DNA from: Entomortierella parvispora E1425
Taxonomy: Eukaryota > Fungi > Mortierellomycota
DNA: 64,000 nucleotides
Reading direction: 5' to 3'
Assembly (NCBI GenBank): GCA_020891255.1
Contig: BQFW01000008.1
Span: 558,001-622,000 of the forward strand
Positions 1 to 12,698 of this stretch are shown in pieces. A program made the position numbers and the translations under genes. Positions within the stretch are counted from its first letter, which is position 1. Each line of letters starts with the position of its first letter. The notes under the pieces are model-generated. The model did not search any database and was not told the origin of the DNA. It saw nothing but the letters and a program-made list of their open reading frames with translations.

Positions 1-2803
1 TTGGGATCACTGGCAAGAGCTGTCAGTGCCTTGAGCATGTGTTCCTGAGGGACAGCTGCACCGGGTGTCTTTCGAATGGGTGTCAGTGTGCCCTGAAATG
101 CAATTGAGAGAAAAAGTTAGAAATTGGTAATTGTTTCTTTCTTTTCCCTTTGTATCCGTGTAGAAAAGAAATGGGCCTTACGTCATAATCAAACATGAGT
201 AGACGCTTCTTTGCGTTCCTGTACTTCTCAGCGATGACTGGCAGATCCAGATAGGGTGTTGGAGTAGACTGGTCCCAGGTGCCGACATTGAGAATCAACT
301 CCTGGATAAAGTTCTTTGCCCAGAACTGAGCAGTGTGCGTAACAACGTGCTCGTGAAGTTGCTAAATTAGAAAAGATAGGAAGGGCAAAGTGGTCAGCTT
401 TTAGTCACTGGAGTAAAAAAAACACGCTAGACATATCTGCAAACATATGTATTGAGATTGTGAAACTCACTGCATGACGAGCCGCCCTGTCCTCCTCAGA
501 GAGGTTCAAAGCCTCATAAATAACTCTGGCGACACCTTGGTAATCCCAGGGGTTCACCATCAAGGCTCCTCCAAGACTTCCAGCCGTTCCTGTAAACTCA
601 CTCAAGATCAATGGGCCATGGTTCTCGTTTTGGCACATGATGTACTCGAGCGATGTGGTGTTCATACCGTCCCGAACGGAAGTGATCAGTCCAATATCTG
701 CGACCGACAACAGTGCATAATACTCGTCCCGATCGATGTGTTGATGGTAATGATGCACTGGCGTGAAATTGAGCGATCCATAGGTTCCGTTGATATGAGC
801 CACTAATTCTGCAATCTTGGCCTCCAGTTTTGGGTTTTCTACCAAGGGCGGGGAGGTGACCTGGATCAGGACCACCTTGCCCTGCATCTCTGGGTAGTCA
901 TTCAGGAACTTCTCGAAGGCTCGAAGCTTTTGTTGAACACCCTTGACCAAATCCAGCTTATCACGACCGACAATGATGTGTTTTCCCTTGTAGGTTTTGC
1001 GAATGGCGTCCATCTTGGGTAAGACTCCTGGGGCTTTACGTTGCCGCTCAACGCGCTCAGCATCGATGCCAATGGGGAAAGTTCCGACCCAGACTGTGGA
1101 ACCCATGGCATCAACTCCACGAGGAGTAGACTCGTAGCCGTTTACGCGGGTGCAGCAACTGATGAAATGGCGGGCATAGGAATAGGTCTAAAAAAGAGAA
1201 ATGAAGCAAGGTCGGCTTAGTTGAAATAGTCAGAGGAGCAGAAAAATCCACCTTTTAGAGGGGAAAAGGTTGACCACATACCTGGAATCCGATCTGGTTA
1301 GCACCCAAAAGTCCGTTCAAGACCTCGACGCGTTCTAGTGATGGTACAAACGTTAGGTGATATTAGAAAACCAATCTGCTTTTCGTCTACTGGACTCTAG
1401 GAGCAATTGAAGATATTATCTGACTTACTGGGAAGACACCTGAAGATCTCAGAAGAGGGGAAAGGTGCATGGATGAAGACTCCGATAGCGGCGCCGGGCA
1501 GCTTTTGACGGAGAAGATGGGGCACAAGAAGCAGGTGGTAATCATGAATCCAGACTAAAGCGAAAAGGGAAAAACGAAATGCACGCAAACAACAAAGATT
1601 CAAAGCGATAACACACGTTAGTTTCGACTCAAATGCAAAAAAAAAAAGGTCTTCGTCATCGTGCAATTGTGCAAATTAGCGTTGTGTCGCCCCTTCTGTT
1701 CTTTTCCTTTCTATCTCTCTTGTGTCTTACCGATATCGCCAGGCTGATACTGCTCAACAATGGCATCCGCAAACTGTTGGTTGACAAAGACGTAGTCGTC
1801 CCAGTTCTTTTTCTCGATGCGACCATCAGTCGCCTCGTCCCAGAGGATGTAATGAAACAACGGCCAGAGCACTATAAGGTTTTCAATCAGATACAGGGAA
1901 AGAGGTCAGTGAAGGCAATCGGAAAGAGGATTTAGTCCAGGAACAATCTTCAAAAGTGATGACCGCAGAATGACATCGTTGCGCCACCCTCCTTAATCAT
2001 GATCCGGGATCCGACAGCGGGCATGCCGCAAGCAGTCCTGGAGATCCCCTTTCCCACAAGCTTCTTTTTTTTCTACCCCCGACCTCATAATCGTCGTCAC
2101 CACCTCCAAAAAAAAAGTATGGGGAAAAAAGAAAGAGGTTGTTACCTGTCTTGCAGTATCCTTCATAATGTCCGGCAGCACGACTATCCTCGAGAAAGAT
2201 GGGCACAACTTTCTCCTTTTCCCAAAGCTTCTCCCTGAGGTTGGTTTTGTTCTTCTCGGTCAGGTTCTTGGATGGCACCACGTACCCGTCCTGATCAGAC
2301 AATTCACCGACCCACCCGATCTGAATAGTTTCTAGATCATTGCCGAGGGACATGATACCGGAGTACATGGCCGAATGACCTCTCCGTTGTTCCAGAATGC
2401 AACCATTATCCTCTGTTGCTACTGCCTCTGCTGATGGCTCCGTTGTCGATCCATTTATGGCCTGAAGGGACTGAGAATCGATCGAGTTTGGAGGCTGTTG
2501 GCGAGACATGGCCAAGGATGCCCGTCTGTTGGAAGGGGAGGAGGATGAACCTCCGTTGGAACCACCACCACCGGCACTGCCGACAAAGGTGGATCCATTG
2601 GCATTATTGCAGTTTGGGCTCGTGCGGTTCCGATCAATCAGGGTACAGGCATAGGGGATCTGGTGGGTGACGTTGATCAGCCTTGGTTTGTCGCCGAGGA
2701 CAATATGGGCCGTCTCGGGGAGCTCGGTCAAAGGCACGACCCTGGGCGTGATACCTAATGAGGTGGTGGAGGCGGTAGAGTGGAATGTGGCTATAGAGGA
2801 CAT
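1..2803 (-). CDS. TPS2: Trehalose-6-phosphate synthase/phosphatase complex subunit (TPS2-like), 3' end runs off the window
   Basis: Exons 2803-2146, 1871-1731, 1554-1429, 1334-1282, 1187-471, 361-182, 92-<1, all GT-AG and in frame. GT20 motifs LWPLFHY, WIHDYHL, FIHAPFPSSEIF, GRDKLDLVKG, DGMNTTSLEY, then the HAD phosphatase motif FDYDGTL. Confidence 0.93.
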
Positions 2804-5092
2804 AGGGTCGATTCGGGGTATGGGAAGTAAACACGCGTGGGAGAAGAAGGAAGAGAAGGAGAGATGTAAAAGCTGTAACAGGGCTCAAAAGAGAAGAAGG
2901 GGGAGAGCGATTGAGCGAGGGGGGATGGGAAGGGGTGAAAGTAGAGAGTGGAGAGACAAGAGACGAGGAAGAAGAAAAAAGAAAGAAGGAGAAAAGAGGT
3001 AATGAGACGAGAAGGGTCATGAATGAATGAATGAACGAACGAACGAATGAATGGCATTCAAGTGGCGGGGGTGCACACCACAGGGCGATAAGACTCTGTC
3101 ACATCGCGCACGGTGCAGAGGTGTGCAGTCGGCAGTCGTCACTGTGTCCCATGAGGTCATATCAACTCTGCCTCTCACCTCCTCACCTCTTTATCTTCCC
3201 ATCCTCCCACTCTCCATCGATCCTCCTGCCCCCAAGGCCGATTGCGAGCTCGCTGCCTCGCTCGCTGCAGATCGATCTTCACCTGCATCGATGCTGTATC
3301 TCACCCCATGATGACATGTCCACGACCTATGGCCTCTGCATGACGACGACGCCCGTCCCCGTCCCTGTCACTCACTGGCGACTCGCCCTCTTATCCTCCT
3401 ATCTTTTGCAACCACCTTCCTTCACTCGTTACCCACCGACCATCGCGCATTGAGCGCACAATCCACAACCGACCTTTTTTGCCCTGCACCTGACACAGAT
3501 GATAGGACCACAGTGCTCGCCAGGCCCAGTCCGAGTCCTCTGTCCTACCATCGAAAGCAGTCTGCCCCTGACAGATGAGGGCCGAAACAGAACGTACGAC
3601 CGCTGTCGACACAGCTGTCCGCGTGTGATGACCGTCAATCGCGTCTACAATTGTTGACTCTGTGTGCTCGCGTACTCAGTGGACGATATTTGCCTAGGAT
3701 ACCTCAGCCCCTGCCTCCTTCATTCTAGCCTTCTGGAATAACCCCGCTGGCGACCTTACCAGTCCGGGGCCACTAAAATTCGTAATATGTGCCTATGTGC
3801 TTTCCACATTTTAAACGGAAGCATGGCGTGTACTTTCCACAGATACAACAACTGACGCCTTCCTTGAGGGGGTGGCGCTCAGAAAACATGAACTGTCTGA
3901 TACTTTACGCATGTCTTCCACATTAGCTCACCTCGTTTGATCTCAAACACAACCCTCGCCCCAGGCTGTCATCCCTGTGACCAACTTGCAAAGTGGAGTT
4001 GGACAAACGGACTTTACATGTAAATTACGGCGTCAGGACACGCTGGCACCAAAGACAGCAACAATTGGTCAGATGTTGTCAGAACGACGAACGACAGAAT
4101 GTGAGATGTGGCGCTTTTTCTATGTTACCCGGAGATCTTCCCATGGAGAGAAAGAGCTTTGAGTCTGTCTTCAGCAGGGTAGGGGTTTACATGGTACCGT
4201 ACCCTCCTTCGGCCTTCAGGGCACCAATTGAGCCCTGTGCGATTGCAAAGGGGTAAAAATAAATAGCAAGAGCGAATGCAATTTCGATCCCCCTGGGTGA
4301 TTTGCTGAAGTTTATTGCTGGCGTGCCATCTGTCCCCGGTACGCATTGATTGCTGCCAGCAAGCTATACATACCTGGAGGCAAGTACCACTTCGTCTCAT
4401 CGTTGAAAAGGACATCACATAGACCCCTGCTGATCAGGTTGTGGCAGACTATCGAGAAGGATAAAGACCCGCCGAGAGCAGTTCACGTCGAGGTTGACCC
4501 GGCAAAATGGGACGATCCACATTCACCTGCTGGCGTGCTGGGGGAAGGGAGGTTAGTGAGCTGGGTCACAGGAGCCGTTGGACCAGAGAGCACCAGGTCC
4601 AAGGGGAAAAGGGTCGAGAGAAAGTGGCACAAGGCACGAATTGTTCATAATAAATTGGAGAAGCTAGAAACAAACCTTCTTGCTTGGTGCCCGAGAGCAC
4701 TTTCACCCTGCAGTCTCCCATCCGCTTTCTTCGTTCGTTCTCGCTGCACTTCTGTCCATCATCCACGATGAAGAACGCTAGAGAAAAGACAGTGTGGATG
4801 AAGGCTCTTCGTCAGACAACCAGTTGTCTGCATGTTGGGTTTCGTCCATATCACCCAGGGTGCCAGTTTGGATTTTGTTTTCTTTTCTTTCTTCTTTGTC
4901 ACTCTCTTCCCCCCTGTCCCCAACTCCCGCCGTTGTCTGCCTGTCGTGAGGTCGCAGTATCCTTCTCTTCCAACTCCTCCTCATCCTCATCGACACCCTT
5001 CCCGCCCTTTCCAGGGACTTCCCTTCATCCATACCCTAATACCGCTCATCGCACCTTTTCAATCCCTTTGATCTGATAACAGGTCTCCTATA

Positions 5093-7580
5093 ATGAAAAT
5101 CGCCAGTATCCTTACCCTCGCCGCTGCCTTGTGCGCGGTCTCTGTCAACGCCGCTGCCGCTGCTGCACCCCACTCTACGACTACCACAAAGCATGTTGCA
5201 AAGGCTACTTCCACTACGACAAAGCACGCCAAAGCCACCACCACAACCACCAAAAATCACAAGACTACCGCCAAGGCAAAGACCACCGCCAATGCAAAGA
5301 CCACCACTAAGGCGAAGACCTCTACCAAACCCGCCACCAAACCCGCCACCAAACCCACCAATGCCCCCAAGGCAAAGGACCCCTGTGCCACCCTTGCCCA
5401 GGAAGGCAAGAAGGAAGGACTGTCGCTGTCGTACGCTGCCGTTAAGGGATGCTATGAAGCCCAGCCCTTCAATGCGGATCTGGCTGCCAAAACTCTGGCT
5501 GCAATTGAGAACTCGCTCGGCAACTTTTACGCCTTTGTTGATCAGGCCAAGAGCGGTCCCACTACTGTCTCTGGTTCGCCTCTTCAAACCGCAAAGGTGG
5601 ACATCATGGGCCAGCTTGCCAAGATCAAGGCGACAAAGTGGAAGAATGATTATGAGTTTCAGATGGCATTGACCTACCTTACGTTGTCTGCCAACGATGG
5701 CCATCTGGCTTACACAAGTAAGTACCTCTCCCAGGAGTAGCAGTAGTAAAAACACTAATACCACCGTTGAATGGCTTCAAAGGATGCTCTCATCTGAGCA
5801 AATCATTGCGGTCGAATCACAGTCCTCTGCGCCAAAACCTCATCCATCCAGGCCAGGTTTTTTTAACGCCACCAATTTTTTTTTTTTTGTCCAAAGACAA
5901 CTGCTACAGAACCGCCACCTTTTCCCAGCCATTGTCCCTCTACGCTCCAGTTGTCAATGGAACCCAGGACGTTCGCGTCTTTTTTGTCGACACGACCGTC
6001 ACCAAGTCTGGCTTGCCCAAGGATCCTTCGTCTTTGTTGGATTGCAAGGTCGTCACCATTGATGGCCAGCCTGCTCTCAAGGCTATCCAGGACTTCACGG
6101 ACCGCACCTCGGCCATCTCCAAGGATCCCGGTGTTCGTCTGAACGACGCCCTCGCCAGTACTTCTTGGTACTCTGATTGGTCTACCAGTCCTGGTGGTTT
6201 TGCTAAGCGTTGGGAGGTTCCTGCCAAGTCCTCGATGGACTACACTCTCCAGTGCGGCACCAAGACCCAAAAGTTGACCATTCCTTGGGCTGTCGAGCCT
6301 TCCGACAACTTTGAGGCCAACACCTTCAAGGACAGGGCCACGTATTGGAATGTCCAGTGCGTTGCTAGTCCATCTCCCTATGACAGCAACATTCACACTC
6401 GCGCTCTCCCCGATACCGAGCCTGCACCTGAGAAGAGAGTTATCGTTGCTCCCGCTGTCCGTCTCTTCCGCGAGCGTGGAACCATCGCTCTCCCCAAGGG
6501 AGGCCCCCGCAACGGCGATGGCAAGGCGCCCTCCATCATCACACAGGCAACTCATCTCTTCACTGCCTCGACCACAATCTTTTACCAGTTGAAGGGTAGC
6601 TCCAAGAACACTTGTGTTGCTGTAATTGCTACTGAGGAAGCCGCTAACTTCCAGTATGACGCCAGTGACTACACTGACTTTATCAAGGGCATGCAGCTCA
6701 TGCAATCCAAGGGCTGCACCAAATTGATCTTGGACATGACCAACAACGGAGGCGGATCAGTCGATTTTGCCTACTTTGTCAACCAGCTCCTGTTCCCTAC
6801 AGCCAAGCCCTACTTTGCTCAGGACCTTCGCGATAACAGCCTTGTCCAGGGTGCTGCTAAGATGGCGATCAAGAGCACCCGGGGTCTCTCGATCTTTGAT
6901 GCTCGTGGATATGTCAGTGATGCCACCAACAAGGCCTACAAGGATGGCTCCATGTTCACCAAGGGCGTGAACTATTCTCGCGGGGGTGCCACCGTTACCT
7001 TCTCCCAGCGCACCTACTTCGAGCACTCTTGGCCATTCCTTCCTCTCAAGAAGAATGCTTTGAAGTGGAAGCCCAAGGACATTTCGATCATCACTAACGG
7101 ATTCTGGTAAGTTTTTTTTTTCCCTTGCTTGCTTGGATGATCTTGTACCCACTGAGAATCCCAGACTAACTTGATTTGACGCTTTTCTCCACACAAACAA
7201 ACAGCGGCTCTGCCTGCACCATGATTGCCACTCGCTTTGCTGTCGTTCACGGCATCAAGACGTACTCAATTGGAGGCATTGCCAAGCGTCCCCTCTCGTA
7301 CTTTTCCTTCCCTGGAGGCTTTGTGATGGACAACGCTGCTATCGTTTCTGACCTTCGCTCGATTCAGTTCAAGGGCGGCAAGACCGCACCAGTGTCGCTG
7401 CCTATCATGGGTTACCTTAACTTGGCTGTGGGTGAGATCTATGCCAAGGACAACAGCACCTTGCCAATTGAGTACGACAGTCAGTGGTTTGCTGCCAATG
7501 TCCACTTGGACCAGGACCCAGTGTCTGCTAGACACCCTGACCAGGTCTGGGTCAAGATTGCCAAGGACTTTTCCAAGTAG
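5093..7580 (+). CDS. Secreted peptidase S41-family (CPAF-like) serine protease, 736 aa
   Basis: Exons 5093-5717, 5897-7106, 7205-7580 (2211 nt, in frame). Signal peptide, K/T/A-rich linker, motifs NDGH, LILDMTNNGGG, and TNGFCGSAC (formed across the last intron), followed by GGFV. Confidence 0.85.
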
Positions 7581-8251
7581 ACAGGATATTTCTTTTCAAA
7601 CTTTTTATTTTTTTTCGTAGACAGATGATGTAGATATAAAAAAAAAAGAGAAGCCTCCAATAGACACTTTACATGATTCAACATCGAACCGACCCATCAA
7701 TCAGGGAGATAGAGAGAGGGAGAACGCGCGGGGTCACAGAGGGGAAAGAGAGATGGAGAGAGAGTATGTGGTCCATGAGACCGTTTCGTCCGTTGCCAGC
7801 ACGCACGCGAGGAGGAGGAGGCAAGGAGGGGATCGTCAGCAGGGAGTGCGATCGCAGGCTCTGATCTCTCGGAGCAAGACCAATTCGAATCTTGTCTTGA
7901 TCCCGCCATGCTCTTTCCGACGCGTCTCTGCCCCAAATCCAACAAATCACATTTTGGCCGAAATCGAAAACGAATTTTGAGTGATTTTTGGCCAAAACAC
8001 ACAAAACACACAAAACACACCCAAAATTCGACGCGTCGTCGGCAGTCAATTTTCGGCCTCTCTCGTTTTTGCCACTCCGTCTTTGTCTGCCGGTGTGTCC
8101 TCGCTCGCTGTCTTCTCTTCTTCTCTTTCCTCTCCTTCCTTTCCCCTTTTCCTTCCTTTCCCACATCTCTCATCTCAACCTCCATCTCAACATCACCCCG
8201 TCCATCACCCACCCCATTCCCCCCCAATCAACCCCACTTTCATCACTAAAA

Positions 8252-9312
8252 ATGGCCAACGCTCGCACCAAGAAGGAAGACGCTGCCCCCGCCAAGGAGG
8301 TCGCCGCTGCTGCCCCCGCCGCCGCTGCCGAGAAGGTCAAGAAGGCCCCCAAGGCCGCTGCCCCCAAGAAGGAGGCCGAGCACCCCCCATACAAGGTAAC
8401 CATCCTCACTACTCTCTGGCACCATCACCACCCTCTGCTTCCTGTGCGGAAGGGGGGTGAGCTAGTGGTCCACTGGGGTTCGGTCAGGAGACATTTTCCC
8501 ACATGACCTCGGGACATCACAAGGAGGCAATAGTCTGGATGACGGTTCTGCTGCCAGACCCATCCAGACTCCTTGTTGGTTCTCAGTCTGGGGTATCGGC
8601 TCTCTTTCATCATCACTTCCTTCGAGGAAGGATAGAGAGAGTGGCATTCGTTCGTTTTCATCAGACTATCGTCATCCAAGGTTGCTAACGCAATTTTTCT
8701 TCCTCTTTTTTTGTTTTGTTTTACAAATGGGATGTTCAATAGGAGATGATCATTGCTGCCCTTGTCCACCTCAAGGAGCGCAACGGTTCCTCCCGCCAGG
8801 CCTTGAAGAAGTACATTAGCGGCAACTACAAGGTTGGCGAGAACTCTGATGTCCACTTCAACGCTGCCATCAAGCGTGGTGTTGATGGTGGTGATTTCCT
8901 CCAGCCCAAGGGACAGTCTGGTCCTGTCAAGTTGGCCAAGAAGGAGATCAAGAAGAAGGAGGTCAAGGAGAAGAAGGAGCCCAAGGAGAAGAAGGCCAAG
9001 AAGGCTGCTCCTAAGAAGGCTGCCCCCAAGAAGGCCGCTGCCAAGAAGGATGCCACCGTAAGAAACCAATTTCTTGCAAGGGATTGAATTGGTGTTCGGA
9101 TCATTTCAGTTTTACTGATTTTTTTTTTCCTTTTCATTTTGAATCCACAGAAGGCTCCCAAGAAGACCGCTGTTAAGAAGGCTGTCAAGAAGGCCGATGC
9201 CAAGAAGCCCGCTGAGAAGAAGGCCAAGGCCACCAAGAAGGCTGCCGCCCCCAAGGAGAAGAAGGCTAAGGCTGCTCCCAAGGAGAAGAAGGCCAAGGCT
9301 GTCAAGGCCTAA
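8252..9312 (+). CDS. HHO1: Linker histone H1, 206 aa
   Basis: Exons 8252-8395, 8743-9057, 9151-9312. Globular domain [30 protein letters not shown]...GQSGPVKL with K/A/P-rich tails. Confidence 0.97.
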
Positions 9313-10050
9313 ATTGATTCCTCCTCCAATCTTCCCATGTCTCGTTTTCTCTTATACTTTGAATCGTGATTCAAGGAATCAATTGCCTCTCCTCGCTCGA
9401 AAGAGGGGAAGGAGGTTGAACTTGAACTTTCAAAGGAACAAAGGAAAAAGAGAACCAGAAGGGAAGCAGCGTCGGAGAGGAAAATCCGTTTTCATATATA
9501 CCTTTCCTCTCCCTCGCCAGTTTCTCCCAAGCTTCTTTTTTTCCATTTTGCCCAGTTCAGTTCGTTTTGTTCTTTCCCTGATTTCCCCCGTTCATTAATT
9601 CTCCACACTCTTTCCCTTCCCCCTCTTGTAACAAAACCATCTTGTATTTCTGATTTGCTTTTCTATTCTATTGACGTTTTTTTTCTCAAATTAAAAACTA
9701 TTCGTCTGCAGCGAAAAAAAAAAAAAAAAATCTTTTGTCTTCATGTTTGGTTTGCTGGATCGGATATGTAAACCCACCCGCTTTCAGAAGAGCAGCAGCA
9801 TCCTACATTTTGGTCGTACGAAAGAAATGCATTGCAGTTCGGGCATGGCAAATGTCTCCTGGGCGTCACCTTTTTTTTCGCGCCATTTCTATGCCAATGC
9901 ACCACAGAACAAGTCCAGCACACACCCCCTTCTTTTGATTTTCATCTTTTTTTTTTCTTTTGTTCTCACACAACAAAAAACAACAGCGACAACCACAACG
10001 AACACCTCCCCCTCCTTCCCTCTCAATCCTATACGTCCAACCCAACCACC

Positions 10051-11418
10051 ATGAATGAGAGCAGAGCCGAACTCGTGGCCTGGGTCAACGATTTGCTAGG
10101 ACTGAGCTACACCAAGGTTGAACAGCTTGGTCAAGGTACAACTGCACCCTCCCCTTCCTGCGAGGGCCTAGAAACCTGGTCCTTCCTTTTTAGTCCACTC
10201 TGCGCCATGGGAACATGCATTCGTGACGATGGTCAAGGAGAATGTCGCGGCAGAGTGACGCGTCCGTTTAGCAATGCAACGAGAATGCTGACACATGCCT
10301 CCTTCCTTCTTCCTTCCAACGGCTGCCCGCCTTTCTAGGAGCTGCGTATGTTCAGATCATGGACTCTATCTATGGCAAGTTCAATGACCTTTTTTTTGTT
10401 TTCACGAGGGAATCATTTTATCTCTTCTTTTTTTTTTCGCTTGCATGGCGAACATGCTTTGGAACTGACGAGAGAGATACAAAAAAAAAAGGATGAAAGA
10501 AGAAGGCTCTTGTTTTTTTTCGTCGAAAGAGATGGTTTTCATCTCCCAGCTGACACTTGAATTGTTTTTGACTTGTGGTATGTTTCAACCACCTCTTGTG
10601 CAGGCGACCTTCCCATGTCACGCGTCAAGTGGACTGCAAAAGGAGAGCACGAGTTTCTTGTCAACTACAAGATCCTCCAAAGGTGTTTCACGGACAGGCG
10701 GATCGACAAGGTAAGCGTGTGAGGAAAAGGAGATACTAGCCATAGAAAGAGGAAGACTACGACCGAGAAAGAGAGAACTTTGGGTCCAACCCCTGACAGT
10801 CAAATTGACAAGAAAAAACCCCCCCCACTTTGGTTCTTGCCTTTTGGCTTCTAGGGCATCCCAATTGAGAAATTGATGAAGTGCAAGATGCAAGACAACC
10901 TCGAGTTTCTTCAATGGATCAAAGCATATTGGAATCAAAACTTCCCAGGGGAAGTCTATGATCCAGTCATTCGACGGGCGGGCGCGCCCGTGGAGACCCC
11001 AGGCGGGAGTCGATCCACCAACAACAGCACGCCTGTCCGGAGGGCACCCGTCAGCGGCGGTGCGAATCGATCCGTCTCGGGTCGAGGATCCTCTCTTGGC
11101 GTGGGCAACATATCATCAACCTATCGATCGAGTCCAGACCCTTCCGTGGTGTTGACGCTTCAGAAGGAACTTCAGGAGGAACGCAACACGATTGCGGCGC
11201 TGGAGAAGGAGAGGGATTTTTACTTTGGAAAGTTGCGCGATATCGAGGTCTTGATCCAGGATGCCTTGACGGCAACCCCCGAGATGCCAGAGGCGCCGTT
11301 TATGAAACAGGTTCAGGGTGTGCTGTACAATACAGAGGAGGGCTTTGAGGTGCCCGTGGAGGGAACGGAGGATGAGGCGGCGTTGGCAGAAAATGAATAC
11401 CCAGACGAGACATTTTGA
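10051..11418 (+). CDS. BIM1: EB1/Bim1/Mal3 microtubule plus-end binding protein, 263 aa
   Basis: Exons 10051-10135, 10339-10374, 10604-10710, 10855-11418; the second intron is GC-AG. CH domain (SRAELVAWVN, CKMQDNLEFLQW), EBH domain (LEKERDFYFGKLRDIE), acidic-aromatic end DETF. Confidence 0.96.
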
Positions 11419-12698
11419 ACATCCTCCCCCCATCCTATTCACATCCTCGGGCAACCTGCAACCCACGCAAGTTAGGCGGCCTGGGATAGATTTTTGTTCC
11501 TACCGGAAGAATTGAAGATCTGTCGACGACAAAAAAAAAAAAAGTTGTGATGAAGAGTCGTACATTAAAACAGACCTTTACCCTCTATATCAGAGCGTCT
11601 TCTAGACATGCCATGATAATGACGACAACAGGGCATGTTCAGCAAGCTAATTTTTGACTTTCAGATCTCTGCTGTTGAAAAGTCAAGGGGAAAAGGAGGT
11701 AGAAGGAGGACAAAAAAGGTTAAAGGAGGTGGAGCCAGGGACTCTTTCCATCCAGAGGGGTGATCCTGCACTGTATTCACCCACCACCTCCTCAGCACCC
11801 CCTCCCTCCATTTCATGATAAGGCCCTGAGACAAGTCCGGGACCCCTTCCCCTTGGATCAAAGCTTACGGCCAGACACCGGCGAGCTACTATAGGCAGCA
11901 TGGTATTGCGTGGTGCGCCGCATGAGTGTGAGAAAAAGGTTCATCGAAGCGACATCGGGTATTTGCGTCTCAATGGAGTCGTGCTTGTGCACCCTTGGCG
12001 ATAGGGAAAACCACCACCGAGAGAACCCTTGTCCACCACTGCCCGCAAGTCAGCAGCAAAGAAAAGCGCATGGCAACTGAAAGCACAATGCGACGGAGGG
12101 TACTTTTGTTTGTTGATGAGGTGCTTAGCATGGTTGTAGGTCATCACCGATAAAAGTAGGTTCCAATCGGTCCCAATTAGAAGAGAGAGAGAGAAGGAAA
12201 AAAGAAAGAGAGGGAAAGAAAAGTGTGTCAACAAAAACCTCCTGGCCAGCAGTTGACCGCAACTGACTGCATCGTCTTGGGGCTGGAAAAAGGGCCGCAA
12301 AGCGGGCATCCTGTCCACGACCTGCATTGCATCGTCCTCCTGTGGGCTGACTTGGGTGCGTTGTCTCTTTTTTGTTTCCTCTCTTCTTTTTCCTTTTGTC
12401 CACTTTTCTGTTCTCCAACACCTTGTTCACCTCCACCTCCACCTCCGTCTTCGCCACGCTCTTTGCCTCCACAGATCCCTTTGGCGTAACTGCCATTAAT
12501 TTCGCTCGCCCTAATTATACCGTCATCATAAGCGCTCTCCTCCACCTTCTATCTTCTTTTCTCTCTATCCTTCCTTCTCTCTCTCTCTCTTTCTCTCTTC
12601 TACTCTCCACTTCTTATTGCTCCAATCCTTGTTTTCGTCTCCTCCTCCTTCTACGTCCACTGCTGAAATAAAGAAGCCAAGCCCTCGACTCCCCGATC

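Noticed and set aside
5036-6705. Long antisense ORFs (242 aa and 280 aa) opposite the S41 gene; similar shadows occur over H1, GSK3, the P450 and pol
   Set aside because: Explained by codon bias of the sense gene; no motifs and no independent start context.
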